A stretch of 64,000 nt of DNA from Takakia lepidozioides (taxonomy: Eukaryota; Plantae; Bryophyta), in contig CM060734.1 in assembly GCA_030704615.1 (NCBI GenBank), positions 9,424,001-9,488,000 on the forward strand, read 5' to 3'. The notes under the pieces are model-generated. The model ran no database searches, was not told the DNA's origin, and worked only from the letters and a program-made list of their open reading frames with translations. The position numbers and the translations under genes are program-made. Of this stretch, positions 1 to 12,888 are shown piece after piece; positions within the stretch are counted from its first letter, which is position 1, and each line of letters begins with the position of its first letter.

Positions 1-84
1 CCAGATATAGACAATGTTACGCAATTTTTTCGAACGGGAACGACACAAGGAAATGCCACATATTTTGAACGACTACAGAAGAAC

Positions 85-3000
85 TTACTCACACTCAAAA
101 TCGGAGTCCACGTCCAGATCCTCGTCAGGCGCTTCGGGCTCCTCCAGAAGTCCCTCTTTGGATGGGGTAGAAGTAGTGTCCGACTCAAGCTGACGAAGCT
201 CGCTCGAGAAGAGCTCCGTATCAGCTTCCATGCCGAAGAAGTGCCTTCCGGCGCTCTTGCAAGCATGAAAACATGCTCCTGCAAATCCAAGAAGAACGAG
301 AAATAAAAACAGGGTTTCCCTAAGGTTACTGCCCATATGTCAATCACAATGTGAAGTGCCCCACCTGTGCCCATAGACAAGTCGATCACTCGTCCACCAT
401 GACGGCTGCATGTCTCCACCAAAGTCTGCATGAAAGCTGGAGATTTCTCCCGTGCACCTCTCCAAGGGACACCAATCGACCTTTTCATAGTTCGACCCGA
501 GTCCACGTAATTGAAGAGAACATCATCCTCCATAGGCTCGCAGGTGGGGTCAATATGAGCTGCAAGGTCCCTCATCTGGAACTCAGCAACACCAGGAGGA
601 AGAGTGTCCTTCCGCCTCACCAGGCACAAAGCTTCGAACACCCGTGTCTGTCAACAATGAGGAAGAGAGCATGAGACAGAAGGCATAACCCAGCATTTTT
701 ATTTACCGAAAAAACAACGAAACATGAATTGAAAGGAACCAACTCACTTTCTGCCCCGGGAACTCGCCCTTCGTAAGAGGCAGAGTATTGATGCATGTCC
801 AAGTTTTGATGACACGAAACCCGGAGGCTTTCATGTAGCTGAAAAGAGTTCTTCGGGCCGACATGTCCTTTGACTGCATGAGAAGAAGAGCCCCCGAGTC
901 CGAAAGGAATTTGTTGCTGAACGAGAAAGCCCACTGCCAATAACGAGAATCCGATTTGTTCCAAGTCGGGGTCGAATTGGAAGGGAACACATCAGGGACA
1001 GGATAACCGTCAGGAATGTCCAGCACCACAAGGTCAGTCGCGTATGCCTGCTGAACTCCATTCACCCATTCCGGATTTTTTGTCACCTACAGGGAAAAAC
1101 AGGAGACAGTGTAAGAAGCCCAATCCAAATCGAGCAGGAGATCAATCCCCTGGAAAAGCCACAACAAGATGCCAAAACACAATTATTCATACAACAGTTT
1201 AGACAGAAGTGTTTACCTGAGTGAGGAACGAAACAAGCATGTCCCATGATTTCGAGGGCACCCCTTTGAATGTGGACTTCCTGGACTCCATCATTGCAAG
1301 AAAACTTTCATTCAGCACCCTACGATTGAACTGGCCCAAAACCCTGGAGGGATGTTCTCTCGCCTCGTAAGGCTGCTCCCTCGACTTTGATGTTCTCCTA
1401 TCCCTCCTTGCGGGAGCAGGCTCTCTGACAGGAACCTCTGACGGTCCCTGTCCTTGCGGAGCTGCACTTTTCCCCTTCCCCTTAGGATCCCCGACAGTCT
1501 TCCCCTTTCGTTTTGGAGTGGCAGTTCTCTCGGGCTCTTTTGCAGCCAGAGTAGAAATGATTCTGTCCTAAATGTCTTTGTCTGCCAATGGGGCAATCGT
1601 TGCGGCATTGTCGTTCAGGTTTCTCAAAACAACTTCATCGAATGGTGTGTCCTGTTTTGGCAGGTCGAGGTACCACCCACAGTCTCTGAAGTGCGCCCTG
1701 CTCCAGTCTCTGGCAATACCAGCCGTGTACATTGTCTTCTCATTGGAGGGGTCAGCCCATGAATAGATGAAGTCTGGGTCATCGCTAAGGTACTTTCCCG
1801 GTATGAGGATATGATACATATACCTGAATCAAACACCAAAAACCCAGATAGTCAGTCAATCGGAAAATGGAAAAGAACAGACATTCAGAAGAAGATATTG
1901 AAATAAAGGAAGGGAACACCTGGTAATCAACTTTTGCTGTCTAGAATCAACCTTGCGTTGACGCAATGTTGATTCGAGCAGAAATGGGAAACACCTAGTG
2001 GTTACGTTGTATTGATAGAGACAACGACTGACAAGTGCAATACAACATTGCGTCAACGCAATGTTGTTTTCACTCACAGATGAAATGGGAAACAATGCCT
2101 GAAAACCACCATCTCACTATGTACTGCTATGGATATTCAACATTGCGTTGGCGCAATGTTGAATTCCTCTGTTGAAACAAACATCGATATTATATCTGAT
2201 AATCGAAAGTCTCCTACAATTGCATGGAAGTTGGGGGATGCACAGGGACATTTCCATCAATCCATACCGCCAAACAACCTTGCGTCAACGCAAGTCTGTT
2301 TGTTGGCATAGTGAAAGCTGAAAATAGCATTTGAAATAGACTCCAAACATTGTTATGTTCAAGTTGGCAGAATTGGATCTGGATTTGAACTGCCCCAAAC
2401 CAGAGGAAAAGGTACATAGTCTGCGTCTCATCAACATTGCGTTGACGCAAGGCTGATTTTCCTGTCCATTCACCCCCATTCACATGCAATAAAACGCCAG
2501 TATGGGATACCCAGATATAGGTAAGTGAAACCAGGACCATGGGAAACAACTTTGCGTCAACGCAATGTTGCTGGACAGCACATTCAGAGCCCCCAGAGAT
2601 CCCTCAAAGCCACGCAAATTCGCAAATCTGAAAGTATGACAGAAGATTGCAGATGCACGCCCTTCAAGTACCACAATTGAGTAAGGAGATCACACCTGTA
2701 CAACACTCGTTTCATTGCTTGCTCGCTGTTCAGCTGGTTTTTGAACTCGTACGATCTGGAGATTCCTTTGTCTTTTTCAAACTCCCTGAAGAAGCAATTG
2801 TTCCAGACAGCGAGCTTCCACCTCCTGATATAGGCCTCCAGTGTGATCCGGGGGCAAGCCATCTTGATTTTGTAGTCTGCCATCGACTCAGCAAGTGCAG
2901 CCACTGCACGTTTTTCTAACTGCAACAAGAAAGCTTGTAAGAATTTTGGAGAGGTTGGGAGCGGAATTACGGAGCAACACACATGTCTGAAAATGGTTTG

Positions 3001-4438
3001 GTGGTAACCTTACCTGGCTCCAAAATGTGGCTTTGTGTAGCCACTGGTCGAATGTCTGGTCGCTTACAACTTTTATTGCTTGTGTCTTCGGGTCTCTCTC
3101 TGGAGTTGGAAACATATTCGTGTCTCTCACAAGAGGATCCGAGTTCCATATCTCCAACCACCTGATTTTCGTTGCATTGTCCACCATTGAAATGGAAAGG
3201 CGATGTAGTTTCTCCTGAGTCATTTCTGGCTTGGAGCCAAACTTGTCATAGTGCACTTTCACCTGCTCCAGAAATTCTGTGCCAAGCCCTGGATCTGCTA
3301 TCCTGATTTGTTTGTCGAATGCACTCATGAGGTTCTTCCTTTGATTATTCATCTCGAACTTCATCGTGTCCTCAAGCCCAGATGCAGACCGCTGCTCTTC
3401 AGTGTGGGAATCATAGTACTCAGCTTTCGCCTTCAAGCCGGTTTCTGCTATTTCTTGCTGCATACATTGCAGGTAAAAAGAATGAAACACTGTCATTACT
3501 TGTCAGAAAATAGTAACAACAGGTAGTGTCAAGAAGCTTGCAGTGTCAAAAAGCAAGCAGTGTCAAGAAGCTTACAGTGTACATGTAGTCAAGGAAAGCC
3601 TCCCTTGTCAAGCTATACCATGTGCTTGTCTTCTTCTCAGCACACCTCTTCATCTGCTGTGGACTAAGCACGTTTGTGAATGACTCCAGTGGCATCAGCC
3701 CTACCTTCTGGATGCGGAACAGAGTGTGGCACAGATTGGTGGTCACATGAGATGTTTCGTTGGACCTGGAAAAACAGTCAACTCATAAGATGATTTCTAA
3801 TTGTTGAAACGAGGAACAGACACAAAGATGGAGACTTACTTGTTTATGTCGTGCATGGCTGTCAAGAGCTGCGTGACATGCCCTTTGTGATCCAGAACCA
3901 TGGAAACCACGCTCTAGTGCCATTCGATGTCGTCCGAGTGCATGCTTGAAATGTAATCCATCCAGGCAAGCAGTCTGTGGTTCCCATCCCAGACAAAAAA
4001 CATCTTCCCCATGAATGCTTTTGTGGAGGTCTTCTTCGACAGCTTGAACTCGAACTCCCTGTTCACATCCCGCCAACATTCATCCCAACTTTGCTCAATG
4101 TCCTCTGTTACAAGACACTCCTCTCCTTTTGTGTTCATAGTGGATACGTAGAACACTGCTGATCCCTTCACATAGCCGTGAACAAAGTCGTTCTTCAACT
4201 TTGTTATATCGTTCCTCAATGCCGGTCGAACAGCGGGCATGGAGATCATCCTGCAAAGCGGAATGACCAGGTTTCCGCCGGGAACCTCCATCGACAGAAT
4301 CACCTTCGACGAGTTCACTTTTTGCCCACCCATTATCTCCTCGGCCTTGTTTTCATAGTGTCCCTCCAGTGACTCTTCATCACCTTCACCTTCTGAAGCG
4401 GCCAAATCTTCCCCCTCGGATTTCCTTTTTCTTTTCCT
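85..4438 (-). pseudogene. Multi-exon ParB/Srx-like domain + beta-class DNA N6-adenine/N4-cytosine methyltransferase gene (at least two premature TAG stops)
   Basis: N-terminal exon contains FFVWDGNHRLLAW (ParB/Srx DGxHR motif). Spliced 3' exons 1086-748, 647-365 and 278-85 (GT-AG, phases match) give DLVVLDIPDG (motif IV-like) then REKSPAFMQTLVETCSRHGGRVIDLSMGTGACFHACKSAGRHFFGMEAD (motifs X-I-II, N6_N4_Mtase-like, beta order). In-frame TAG at 3914-3916 and 1568-1570 with the frame continuing past each. True start exon not resolved. Confidence 0.75.
1944..2570. repeat. Array of six imperfect palindromes, core TTGCGTCAACGCAA / TTGCGTTGACGCAA, in an intron of the ParB-MTase gene
   Basis: Cores at about 1953, 2048, 2143, 2280, 2437 and 2552, several with extended arms (e.g. 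ACAACATTGCGTCAACGCAATGTTGT at 2042-2067). Confidence 0.9.
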
Positions 4439-4484
4439 CTGCACAGAATTAATAATCTGTGAGTGTGAGATTGAGCTCCCATGC

Positions 4485-4704
4485 ATCAACCTTGCTTTGA
4501 CGCAAGGTTGATTGATGGGGACGTAACTTAGACTGAAAGGCATACAGGAAAGACGTTTGGACCCAAATTATGTTTTGCGTTGACGCAGGGTTCTTTTGGG
4601 AGCCTTGAAGAATGAACTTTCCCTACCTTACAGTGAGGACAGTGGGATATCGGATGCATCCATTGTGCAAAGATATCATGAAAACCAGCCTTGCGTCAAC
4701 GCAA
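4485..4704. repeat. Three further copies of the same palindrome at the 5' end of the ParB-MTase gene
   Basis: Cores at about 4492, 4575 and 4691. Confidence 0.85.
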
Positions 4705-5616
4705 TATTTAATATAATTACACATCAACAAATTCCAGGAGCAAAGGGCCGGACGAGATGTAAACGCTTCGTGTTTTGCGGTGTAGTGGGTTTAGGACTTA
4801 ACGTTTTTTGGAGGGTTTTCCTTCCGTCGATGTTGCTCGTGCATTGCTCAACCTGTTCTAGTAGTTTGTGCCCCGTCTCTCTCTGCTCGCCCCTTCGTCT
4901 GCAGCGTCAACTCCCTATCTCGCTGCTAATATGTGTTCTAAAGTGCTCTTTTGCTATGTTTGAGAGATAGCCTAGTTCGGTGACCAATTCCTGTGTCTAA
5001 ATTGTCAGGCTTGCTGCCTCAATTTCTAGCATTGTAGGTTTTTTGGTCCTCTCTAGCTAAGTCTCAGAAGCGCCCACTGTATCTATTCTTCTAACTTCGG
5101 TCGTTTCTAGGTGTTTAAATATTCTTCTTTTAGCTCGCATTAGTGTATCAAGTGTGCCGCTTTACTCATGGGAGTCCATCATCTCTGCAGATTGTACACT
5201 CCATAGTAGTGGTCTTGCGGTGTTTGGGCCTGGGGCTTGTTGGTCGAGACAAGTGGCAGCTGGTTTGAGGAGGTAGTCATTGCGGATGAGCTCATCTTAT
5301 CTTCTGAGGATACTTATGTCTACTACAAGTGTGTAGCGTTACTCATATTTGGGTGGTGCCTTCGAGTAGCTGCTCTGCGCAATCGGTTTGGGGACTATCT
5401 GTTTGGACTCTCCAAGACGAATTCTTCAAGACTGTCCTATCCTATTTGCTCTGAATTTTCAACCCATCTTTCCCTTGTCTCTCTCATTGGGTTTGGTTGC
5501 TTCCTGCTTCTGCTTGTGAGCTCTCCCCTTTGCTTGCAGTCTTGTTTTCTGTTTTGCCTCTTCGTCTTAGTGTCTAGTTTGGTTCCGGAGTCTCGTTCTT
5601 CTCTCTCTTGCGCTGC

Positions 5617-6323
5617 GATGACGTTCCGAGGCAGTTCCAGTGGTAGACGGGGCCGTAGGGGCCCGATGCCTTTCATGCGCGGAAGGGGTAATGGTAGAGG
5701 ATGGGGCTTCCAGACTGGCTCTTATGGGGATACCTCTATTTCCTCTTTTCCCTCTTTGTTAGGTAAAGGGCCGTTCCATGTGGCTTCTCCCCCTTTATCA
5801 TCTGAGTCCGAACCTTGGCCGGTTCAATATGATCTTCTGGATTCTGATGAGCAAATTCACCCAATCACCATGGAGACAATTCAAGGTCAGACTGCCAAAA
5901 TCTAATTGCGGGGAGTTCTCTTGCATTTTCCTGGTAGGTTAAAGGACCGTAAATGGGTGGGGGAGTGGGTTTTGGTGCATTTGGGTGGTGATGGGCAACT
6001 GCGACAACTGTTTTGCATATCCATGGGTAGAGGGTTTTTTGTGGTCATGTTTGAATCGCAAGTTACTCCTTCGCGGGTTTTGTCCTTTAATCCTCACCTA
6101 TCTGTCCACAAAGTACACATTTTTCCGTGGTCCCAAGACTGGGGACACAAGAACGGTATCTGTTGTCGTCCACGCATTATTTCATTGTTTTTTTTGCCCT
6201 GTCAGTATCTTGCATCATTGCCTGAGATAGGTACTAGATTTGGAGACTATCTGGGCTGTTTAAGTGTGTTTGACCCAGAGGCGTCTTATTCTATGGTAGC
6301 AGAGATGATTGGTTGGGGCTCCC
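5617..6323 (+). mobile_element. LINE ORF1 (DUF4283-like) remnant truncated by LTR insertion
   Basis: RGG-rich N-terminus, then ISMGRGFFVVMFES...VHIFPWSQDW...FLPCQYLASLPEIGTRFGDYLG. Stop at 5903-5905; ends at the LTR TG. Confidence 0.6.
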
Positions 6324-7164
6324 TGATAACGGCTAAGTATGACACAGCTACGAGGGCCGGGCAGCGAGAGTCACGGGCAGAAAAGGCTAAGTGCACGGCA
6401 CTTAGCAAATGACAGAACAAGGGTATACTACCACGGGAGCAGTAGTGGGTAGTGTAGCAACCGTGGGCCGTGAGCCACGATATCACACGACCACGGTAGC
6501 ATAGGCTTTACTAATAGAAGAAGTAGTGAAAGGTCGTGGACCGTGTACCGCTATGGCACACAAGTCACGACCACTATCACGAGCCACTTTTTGGCAAACC
6601 CTTTAGGTTGCGTAGGCAGTTAGGCAACGGTCATTAACGACTGCAGGCTGTAACGGCTCTTTCGAGCATAGTATAAAAGGGCTGCACGCAACTTAGAAGG
6701 TATCGGTGATCAGTGTGTATCCAGTGGACTCTGAGTGATTCGATGTGTACTTATGCTATGATGAGATGAACTTTGAAGTAAAGCCATGCTATTCCAAGTA
6801 TCTATGTGTAGAGTGATTGTGAGATGGAGAGAATGTGCATTATGAGAGTACGTGAGATGGTTAGAATGTGTATCATCTCAGAATAGATCTTGAATACTGT
6901 ATGACTGTATGAACAAAGAGGCTCAAGCCTTTCCGACTAAGACCTTTTTTGCTGATGAGACTACGGGTTGGACTTAATTAATAGGATTAAGCAACCTGCA
7001 GAGATGTTGATTCATACGACTACCGGGGTTTAGCTATCTTTCAAACGATTACTCTGTAATCGTTTCAAAAGGCATACCATCGGACAACCTCTGTTGCATG
7101 TCTTGGGAAATGGGCTGTAGAGTTGAAAGCATATTTTTTCTAAGTCATAAACCAGGGGTTAATA
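6324..7164 (+). repeat. 5' LTR
   Basis: TGATAAC...GGTTAATA, homologous to 12025-12888. Confidence 0.85.
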
Positions 7165-7166
7165 TT

Positions 7167-7184
7167 TGGCGACCATACTGGGGA
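7167..7184 (+). other. Primer binding site (tRNA-Arg-like)
   Basis: TGGCGACCATACTGGG immediately after the LTR end; tRNA identity assigned from memory. Confidence 0.6.
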
Positions 7185-8434
7185 CTAACGGTATGTTGAG
7201 TTCAAGTGAACTCAAGGAAGGATGGCTACTCAGTGATTTCTTGAAATCACAAAAGAACGAGTCAACGGAAGTAGGGGAATAGAAAACATTTCTGAAAAAA
7301 ATTCATGGTTTACCAGTAGCAATACAACATAAGATCTTTTTTTCAATTGCGAAAGAAGATGACAAATGGGGATTAAAGGGAGGAGTGATCAGTATTACAC
7401 GAGCACCTTGGGAATGTAGAATCAGAAGTGAAGAATGGTTGTCTCGTCTTGCTTTATTGATTACTCTAATCCCAATCAGAAAAGTTTGCTACACTAGTTA
7501 TATTTTCAGGGAAGGATGTTCAAATTATGAATATTGTTATATGATCATAGAAGCAGTAGAGTACTGGATACCCAAAGACTTGTTACAAGTCAGATACACC
7601 GAGAAAGACAAATGGTATTATTGTGCCCATTAAAAGATTGGTGATCAATCAGTAAAGGAAAATTAAGTCGTGATACGGATTCTGGCAAAATTGTGTAAAT
7701 CTTGGAGAAAAGGTAGAGACCACTATAATTTTCTTTACTGACATACCAAGGCTTATTAAAGGGTGCTGGAAAGGAATTATGTATATGATGTGGGAATGAA
7801 TGAGGAAAATAAGAAAAAAGCTAAGCAAGACAGAGCTGCAAGAATAGAGAAATATGCTGCAGAAAGGGAAGCTCAGTTGAGAAAAGAGTTTCCGGTATTA
7901 CAAAACTTGAATATTATTCAAGGAGAGGCATCAAGACAAACTGATAGTGATAAACCAGAAGATCAGGAAATCGGATCTCTGGAAAGTGAGAACACTACAC
8001 CAGGCTTCGACTGTGCAACATGAAGTTTGCTCTGTGGGAGGGCAACTTTATAGAAGGGGATTGGATGGACTCTTCAGATGAACCAAGTTAGATTGTAGTT
8101 AGGAATGGTGCGTTTATTTCATGGGTAGGGTCCTCGGGTATCCAATCTTTTTTGTTGTTGTGGGAGCCAAGAATAAGGACTCCCAGAAGCATCATGTTTA
8201 GGAGCTTCTAGACCCTTCCGGATTCGAGTTGAGGTCGTAGTTCGCAGTGAGCGATTTACCATGAGCTGTGCACATCCATGAGAGGTCCCTGCAAGCCATG
8301 TCAAGTAGGTTTCAGCACAGTAATCCAATTTCCAGTTCATACAATGGGTGACAGTCAAGAACATTGCATATTTTGGCGCCACTTGGCGAATGGTTACCAC
8401 AAGAAAGATCTGAAGGACCTTCTACAGTAACAAG

Positions 8435-9040
8435 TCCAAATCGAGGTCGATCCAATCCTGGGGGAAATTCCAGGGTGCTTAAATACTGAGCTATGTGTTC
8501 ATACCATGGAGGAACGGTCTCTATGGAGAACAAAAATGCATCCGGGAAGTCATCGTCAATAGGCTCGGCCCCTGTTTCCTCCGACAATCGGGAAAGGTGA
8601 TCGGCCTAAGCATTAAGCCTTCCGGGCTTGTAGACTACCTTGTAGTCGAATTCCTAAAGCAGAATAACCCACCTGGCTATTCTTCCCGTCAAATTGGGTT
8701 TGTTGATCAGGTATCGTAATGTCATGTGATCAACAAAAAAAAAATGAAAGGTGTCTCCAACAGGTAATGCCGATACTTCTTTATGGCAAAAATCATTCCC
8801 AGAGCCTCCCGCTCCGTGGTGCTATACCTCGTTTCGGCGAATGTCAGCTGTCGACTGGCGAAAGATATTGGATGATCGTGGCCATCAGCATCTGGTTGGC
8901 ACAGGGCACAGCCTACGGCCACCGCTGAAGCATCAACGTAAACATGGAAAGGCCTGTTCCAGTCGGGAGCGGCCAAAACGGGAGCGGACACCAAGCACTG
9001 CTTGAGTGTCTTGAAAGACTCCTGACACCCTGTATCATAG
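8435..9040 (-). pseudogene. Gypsy RT connection/RNase H fragment, inverted relative to the LTRs
   Basis: APVLAAPDWNRPFHVYVDASAVAVG...PISFASRQL...YSTTEREALGMIFAIKKYRHYL...ADHLSRL; frameshift and stops. Confidence 0.9.
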
Positions 9041-9242
9041 GAAAATACCTGGATAGTGTGGGGACTTCCGACAGTGGGGACTCCTCCCACATCGGGTGAC
9101 ACCAAAAAGGTACACCCGTCGCACCTTGCCCATTCCATGTTTTGTCCTTTGCTTTGCATGCATGTTTTTCTTTGTTGTTTGTTTCTTTTTTTGAATTTGG
9201 GGGGGGGGGGGGGGGGAGGGGGGGTAATGTCTTCAGGAGGCA

Positions 9243-11898
9243 GTGGCATACTTGGCCTCATTGGTGCAGCCCAGTGAGGTTGCCAATGAGGGAGGGCATG
9301 TGGTGTTCGTGAAGGACCCGAACACCAAAGGTAAGAAGAAGAGACCTCGAACTCCCGAGGTCCCTTTTGCCATCAATGAAGGGGCTGTCGATGAGAGAGA
9401 GAGAAGAAAGATAAATTTCTTGCAGCAACAGCAAGACTTAGAGAAATGGCAGGCACCAAGCGGAAGACACAGGGAGCCTTTGCATAGGTTGTCTTCAAGA
9501 TCAGTGCAACCTTGAGGAAAATCAACAAAGATCCAGAGACGCGGGCAACATTGGAGAGTCTTGGCCTACGGTTCTTCATCAGCACCCCTGGACTGGAACC
9601 TCAAACACGATGACCTGTGCAGGGAATTCTTGGAGAACTACAATACCAACAGTCGGTCTACGCGCGTCCGCGAGACACATATTCTATTGACCAAGCAATA
9701 CTTGGTGGAGATATTTCATCTTCCCAGCCAAGACGTCCCAGCACACATCAACAAACCCCAAAGGTTTGTTATTACGGATTTGTTTGAAAAGCTCACACAA
9801 CCCGACCAAGGCTACACATACAAAGACAACAAGGATCCGCGCTTCGAGAAGATTGGCCTAGTGCTAAGCGCGTTGCTTTGGGCCTCATACAAAACCATAG
9901 CTACTGCACTAAGGAACTGGTAGAACAGGTATTGATCTGCCTCAACGGGCAAATCATTAACTAGGCGGGCTTTTTGTTGAAGAAGCTGCTCCAGGAGCTC
10001 GCTCGCCTAACAAAGAAGAAGAACCAGCCAACATTTACTATGGCGACTCCCCTATTACTGCAAATGATCCGACATACGGTTCATTTGACACCAGTAGAGC
10101 AAGCAGCTCTGGGAATCATGCAACGAGCAGTGACAGTGGAGGAGGATGAGAGCGAGTCAGCCGCATTGCAGGAAGAGGGTGAACATGCATTGCAGGAAGA
10201 GGGCGGACTTGCAAAGAGGGCCCGCATAGACGAAGGCACAACGAGCGGAATGGTGGAGGTCATGCTCACTTCCACGGCAAATTCTATACAGCAGAGAGAA
10301 GGAGATGAGCAACAGCCGGAGGAGACTACTTTGATGGATATTGCACCTACCAACAACACCATGGAGGTTTGGCAGGAGACTACTACACAAATTCAACAGC
10401 AGACAGGGGAGGCAGACGCACCTGCCACACAACAGCAGAACACCCATCAAGACTCGAACTTGGAATTGTTGTTGTCACAACAACTCCTAGATGAGCATGT
10501 GGGATACAGGATTGGCAGATAATCCTATCAACGCCATCCCACACATTGTCACAACATTGAACCAGGCTACGATCTTGCTGACAAGAATTAGATACTACAT
10601 TTCTCCAGAACAACTTAACACGGTCCTGGAACAACTTCATGACAAGCACCAGCGAGAGCTTGCGGCAACACGAACTGTATGTAACCACGAGGTTACAATT
10701 GTTGATCTGGAGGATCAGAAAACCGCTATGCTTCACTAGTACAACAACTTGAAGATTCGTCGAGCAGAATGGGAACAAAAGTGGCAGCGACAGTAGGAAA
10801 CAATACAACAAGTCCAAGCGGATCTCGATGTAGAGAGAGAGAGCGACACCGAACAACAGAGGCAAAAATCCAAACACTCACAGAACAGCTCAAGGCTACT
10901 AAAACCCAGATGACAAAAGTTCTGACAAACAACACCATGCTACTGCAATAGAGGGCAGAATCTGAGAGCAGGTTATTCTCAGCAAATACAGAGAGAGACA
11001 TTGCCCTAGGCAATGAACATGAATGGAAGCAGCAGCTGGAGAAGCTGACTCTTCAGGCAAGACTGGATGCAGCAGACGCAGCCTTGGCCCGTACATGGAT
11101 AACCGAGGGACATCCCCTCGGGGTAAAGAAGGTTAATTGTAAAGGGTTGCAACAAATCAAAATCCAATTGGCGAAATTGGTGACAGACATTCATGAGGAA
11201 TGCCATCAATTCCAGTACAAGAAGAGCTCATGGATGAAGATGAGTAGGAAGAACAAGACCATGCACAAGAACAGGAAGCACCAATCCAATCAACAACGAC
11301 AACGTCAGCACAAACACCACCAGCAACACAACCACTATAGCTTGAGGGGACACTGTTATAGGTCACAACAGGGCCATCTACCCAAGAGGTAACCACTGTG
11401 CCACTACCAAGCATTCTTGTGGCATCAACTTCAATTTTAGTGGATGATTTTTAGATCATGCCATGGAAACGGGATGGGGAATGGCTCAAGTATTCAAAGG
11501 AATACTTCAGACTGATGAACATTCAGGCCCAACAGATCTAGAGTTGTTGGAAAATGTATTCAAGTCCCTAACCCCCTGCAAGTCATTAGCCCGGCTACAT
11601 ATGCTCAATCAGACGCTCATACCTTTGAGATATAGAATGCGACCACTTGGAAAGGATGACGCACCAAACGGTTAACTGGTTGATAGGCAGCAGGGCAACC
11701 AAGGACATTGCGCGTTGGACAGAGGACGAGCTTCAAAGTTACCGCAAGATCTTGACCACCAAGATCGATCGCATACGAAAGGATGGTTATTCAGAGCATC
11801 CAGAGGAGGAGAGTTGGCCCGTAAAGGAACCACAGGAGGCCCCAGACAGTGACGGCAACATGAACAAGAAGCTGCCACCAAGACCAACACCAACATAG
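9243..11898 (+). pseudogene. Disrupted extra ORF (Athila/Tat-type accessory, coiled-coil rich) upstream of the 3' LTR
   Basis: Consecutive ORF pieces; DLCREFLENYN...ILLTKQYLVEIFHLP resembles plant LTR accessory domains; Q/E-rich coiled-coil region. Confidence 0.55.
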
Positions 11899-12024
11899 GA
11901 CTTACCTCCCAACCAGCAGGCAGGCATGCCACCAGCCTACATCCCCCCAAAGAGACAGGGCAAGCACAGACACTGACGAAATTGTGCGGACACAATTTCA
12001 AAGGAGGGGGGGGGGGGGGATAAA

Positions 12025-12888
12025 TGATAACGGCTAAGTGCCAGTGCTACGAGGGCAAGGTATTTTAGCCATGACAGGACAGTGGCGGGTAGTGATCGAC
12101 TTCACACTACCACGGCCACGATGCAGGAACAGCTAAGTGCTCAGCACTTAGTAGCAAGAGAGGACGGGCAACACTACCACGTAGAGCAGTAGTGGGTAGT
12201 GTAGCAGCCTGCGTGGGCCGTGAACCATGATATCACACGGCCACGGTCCAGCAGGGAAGCATAGGCTTTACTAGTCCAAGTAGTGAGTGGTCGTGGACAC
12301 ACGACCACGAGCCACTACCACGGGCCACTTTTTTGGCAGACCTTTTAGGTTGCGTAGGCAGTTAGACAACAATCATTAACGACTGCAGGCTGTAAACGGC
12401 TCTTTCAAGCATTAGTATAAAAGGACTAGACGCAACTTGGAAGATATCAGTGTGTGATCAGAGCGATCCAATGTGTACTTGTGCAATGACGTGATGCCTC
12501 TGAAGCGATGCTTTTCCAAGTACATTTGTGTAGAGAGAACGTGAGATAGTGAGATGTGCATCATCTCCGCATAGATCGATGTTGCAGTAGCAACATAGTG
12601 TATTGCCTTGTTGTATGCACAGATAGGATTTAGTCGTAGCTATAGTGATATAGCTTCGCCTAAGCCCCTATCACCAGTTATTAGTGGAATGCAGGCTATG
12701 ACCAGTCGAAGGACTTGAGCAGCAGCAGGGATATTGATTCGTGGAACGGTAGTATTACCACTACCACTAACGATTACTCTGTAATCGTTCTGCAGAAATA
12801 CCGTCGGACAACCTCTGTTGAATGTCTTGGGAAATGGGCGGCATGGTTGAAAGCCCATTTTGCCTAAGTCGCAAACCAGCGGTTAACA
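12025..12888 (+). repeat. 3' LTR (preceded by PPT at about 12000-12020)
   Basis: TG...CA termini; AAAGGAGGGG-run PPT directly upstream. Confidence 0.85.

Larger units (their letters stand above)
6324..12888 (+). mobile_element. Degenerate, internally rearranged Ty3/Gypsy LTR retrotransposon
   Basis: Two related LTRs both starting TGATAACGGCTAAG, PBS after the 5' LTR, G-rich PPT before the 3' LTR, RNase H fragment and a long extra ORF inside. Confidence 0.85.

Noticed and set aside
1944-2570. CRISPR array interpretation of the spaced palindromes
   Set aside because: Eukaryotic intron, variable 70-130-bp spacers, degenerate repeats in both orientations, no cas genes.
1568-3916. Stop-codon readthrough or RNA-editing rescue of the two TAG codons in the ParB-MTase gene
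   Set aside because: U-to-C editing is organellar; ordinary nonsense mutations in a decaying copy are simpler.
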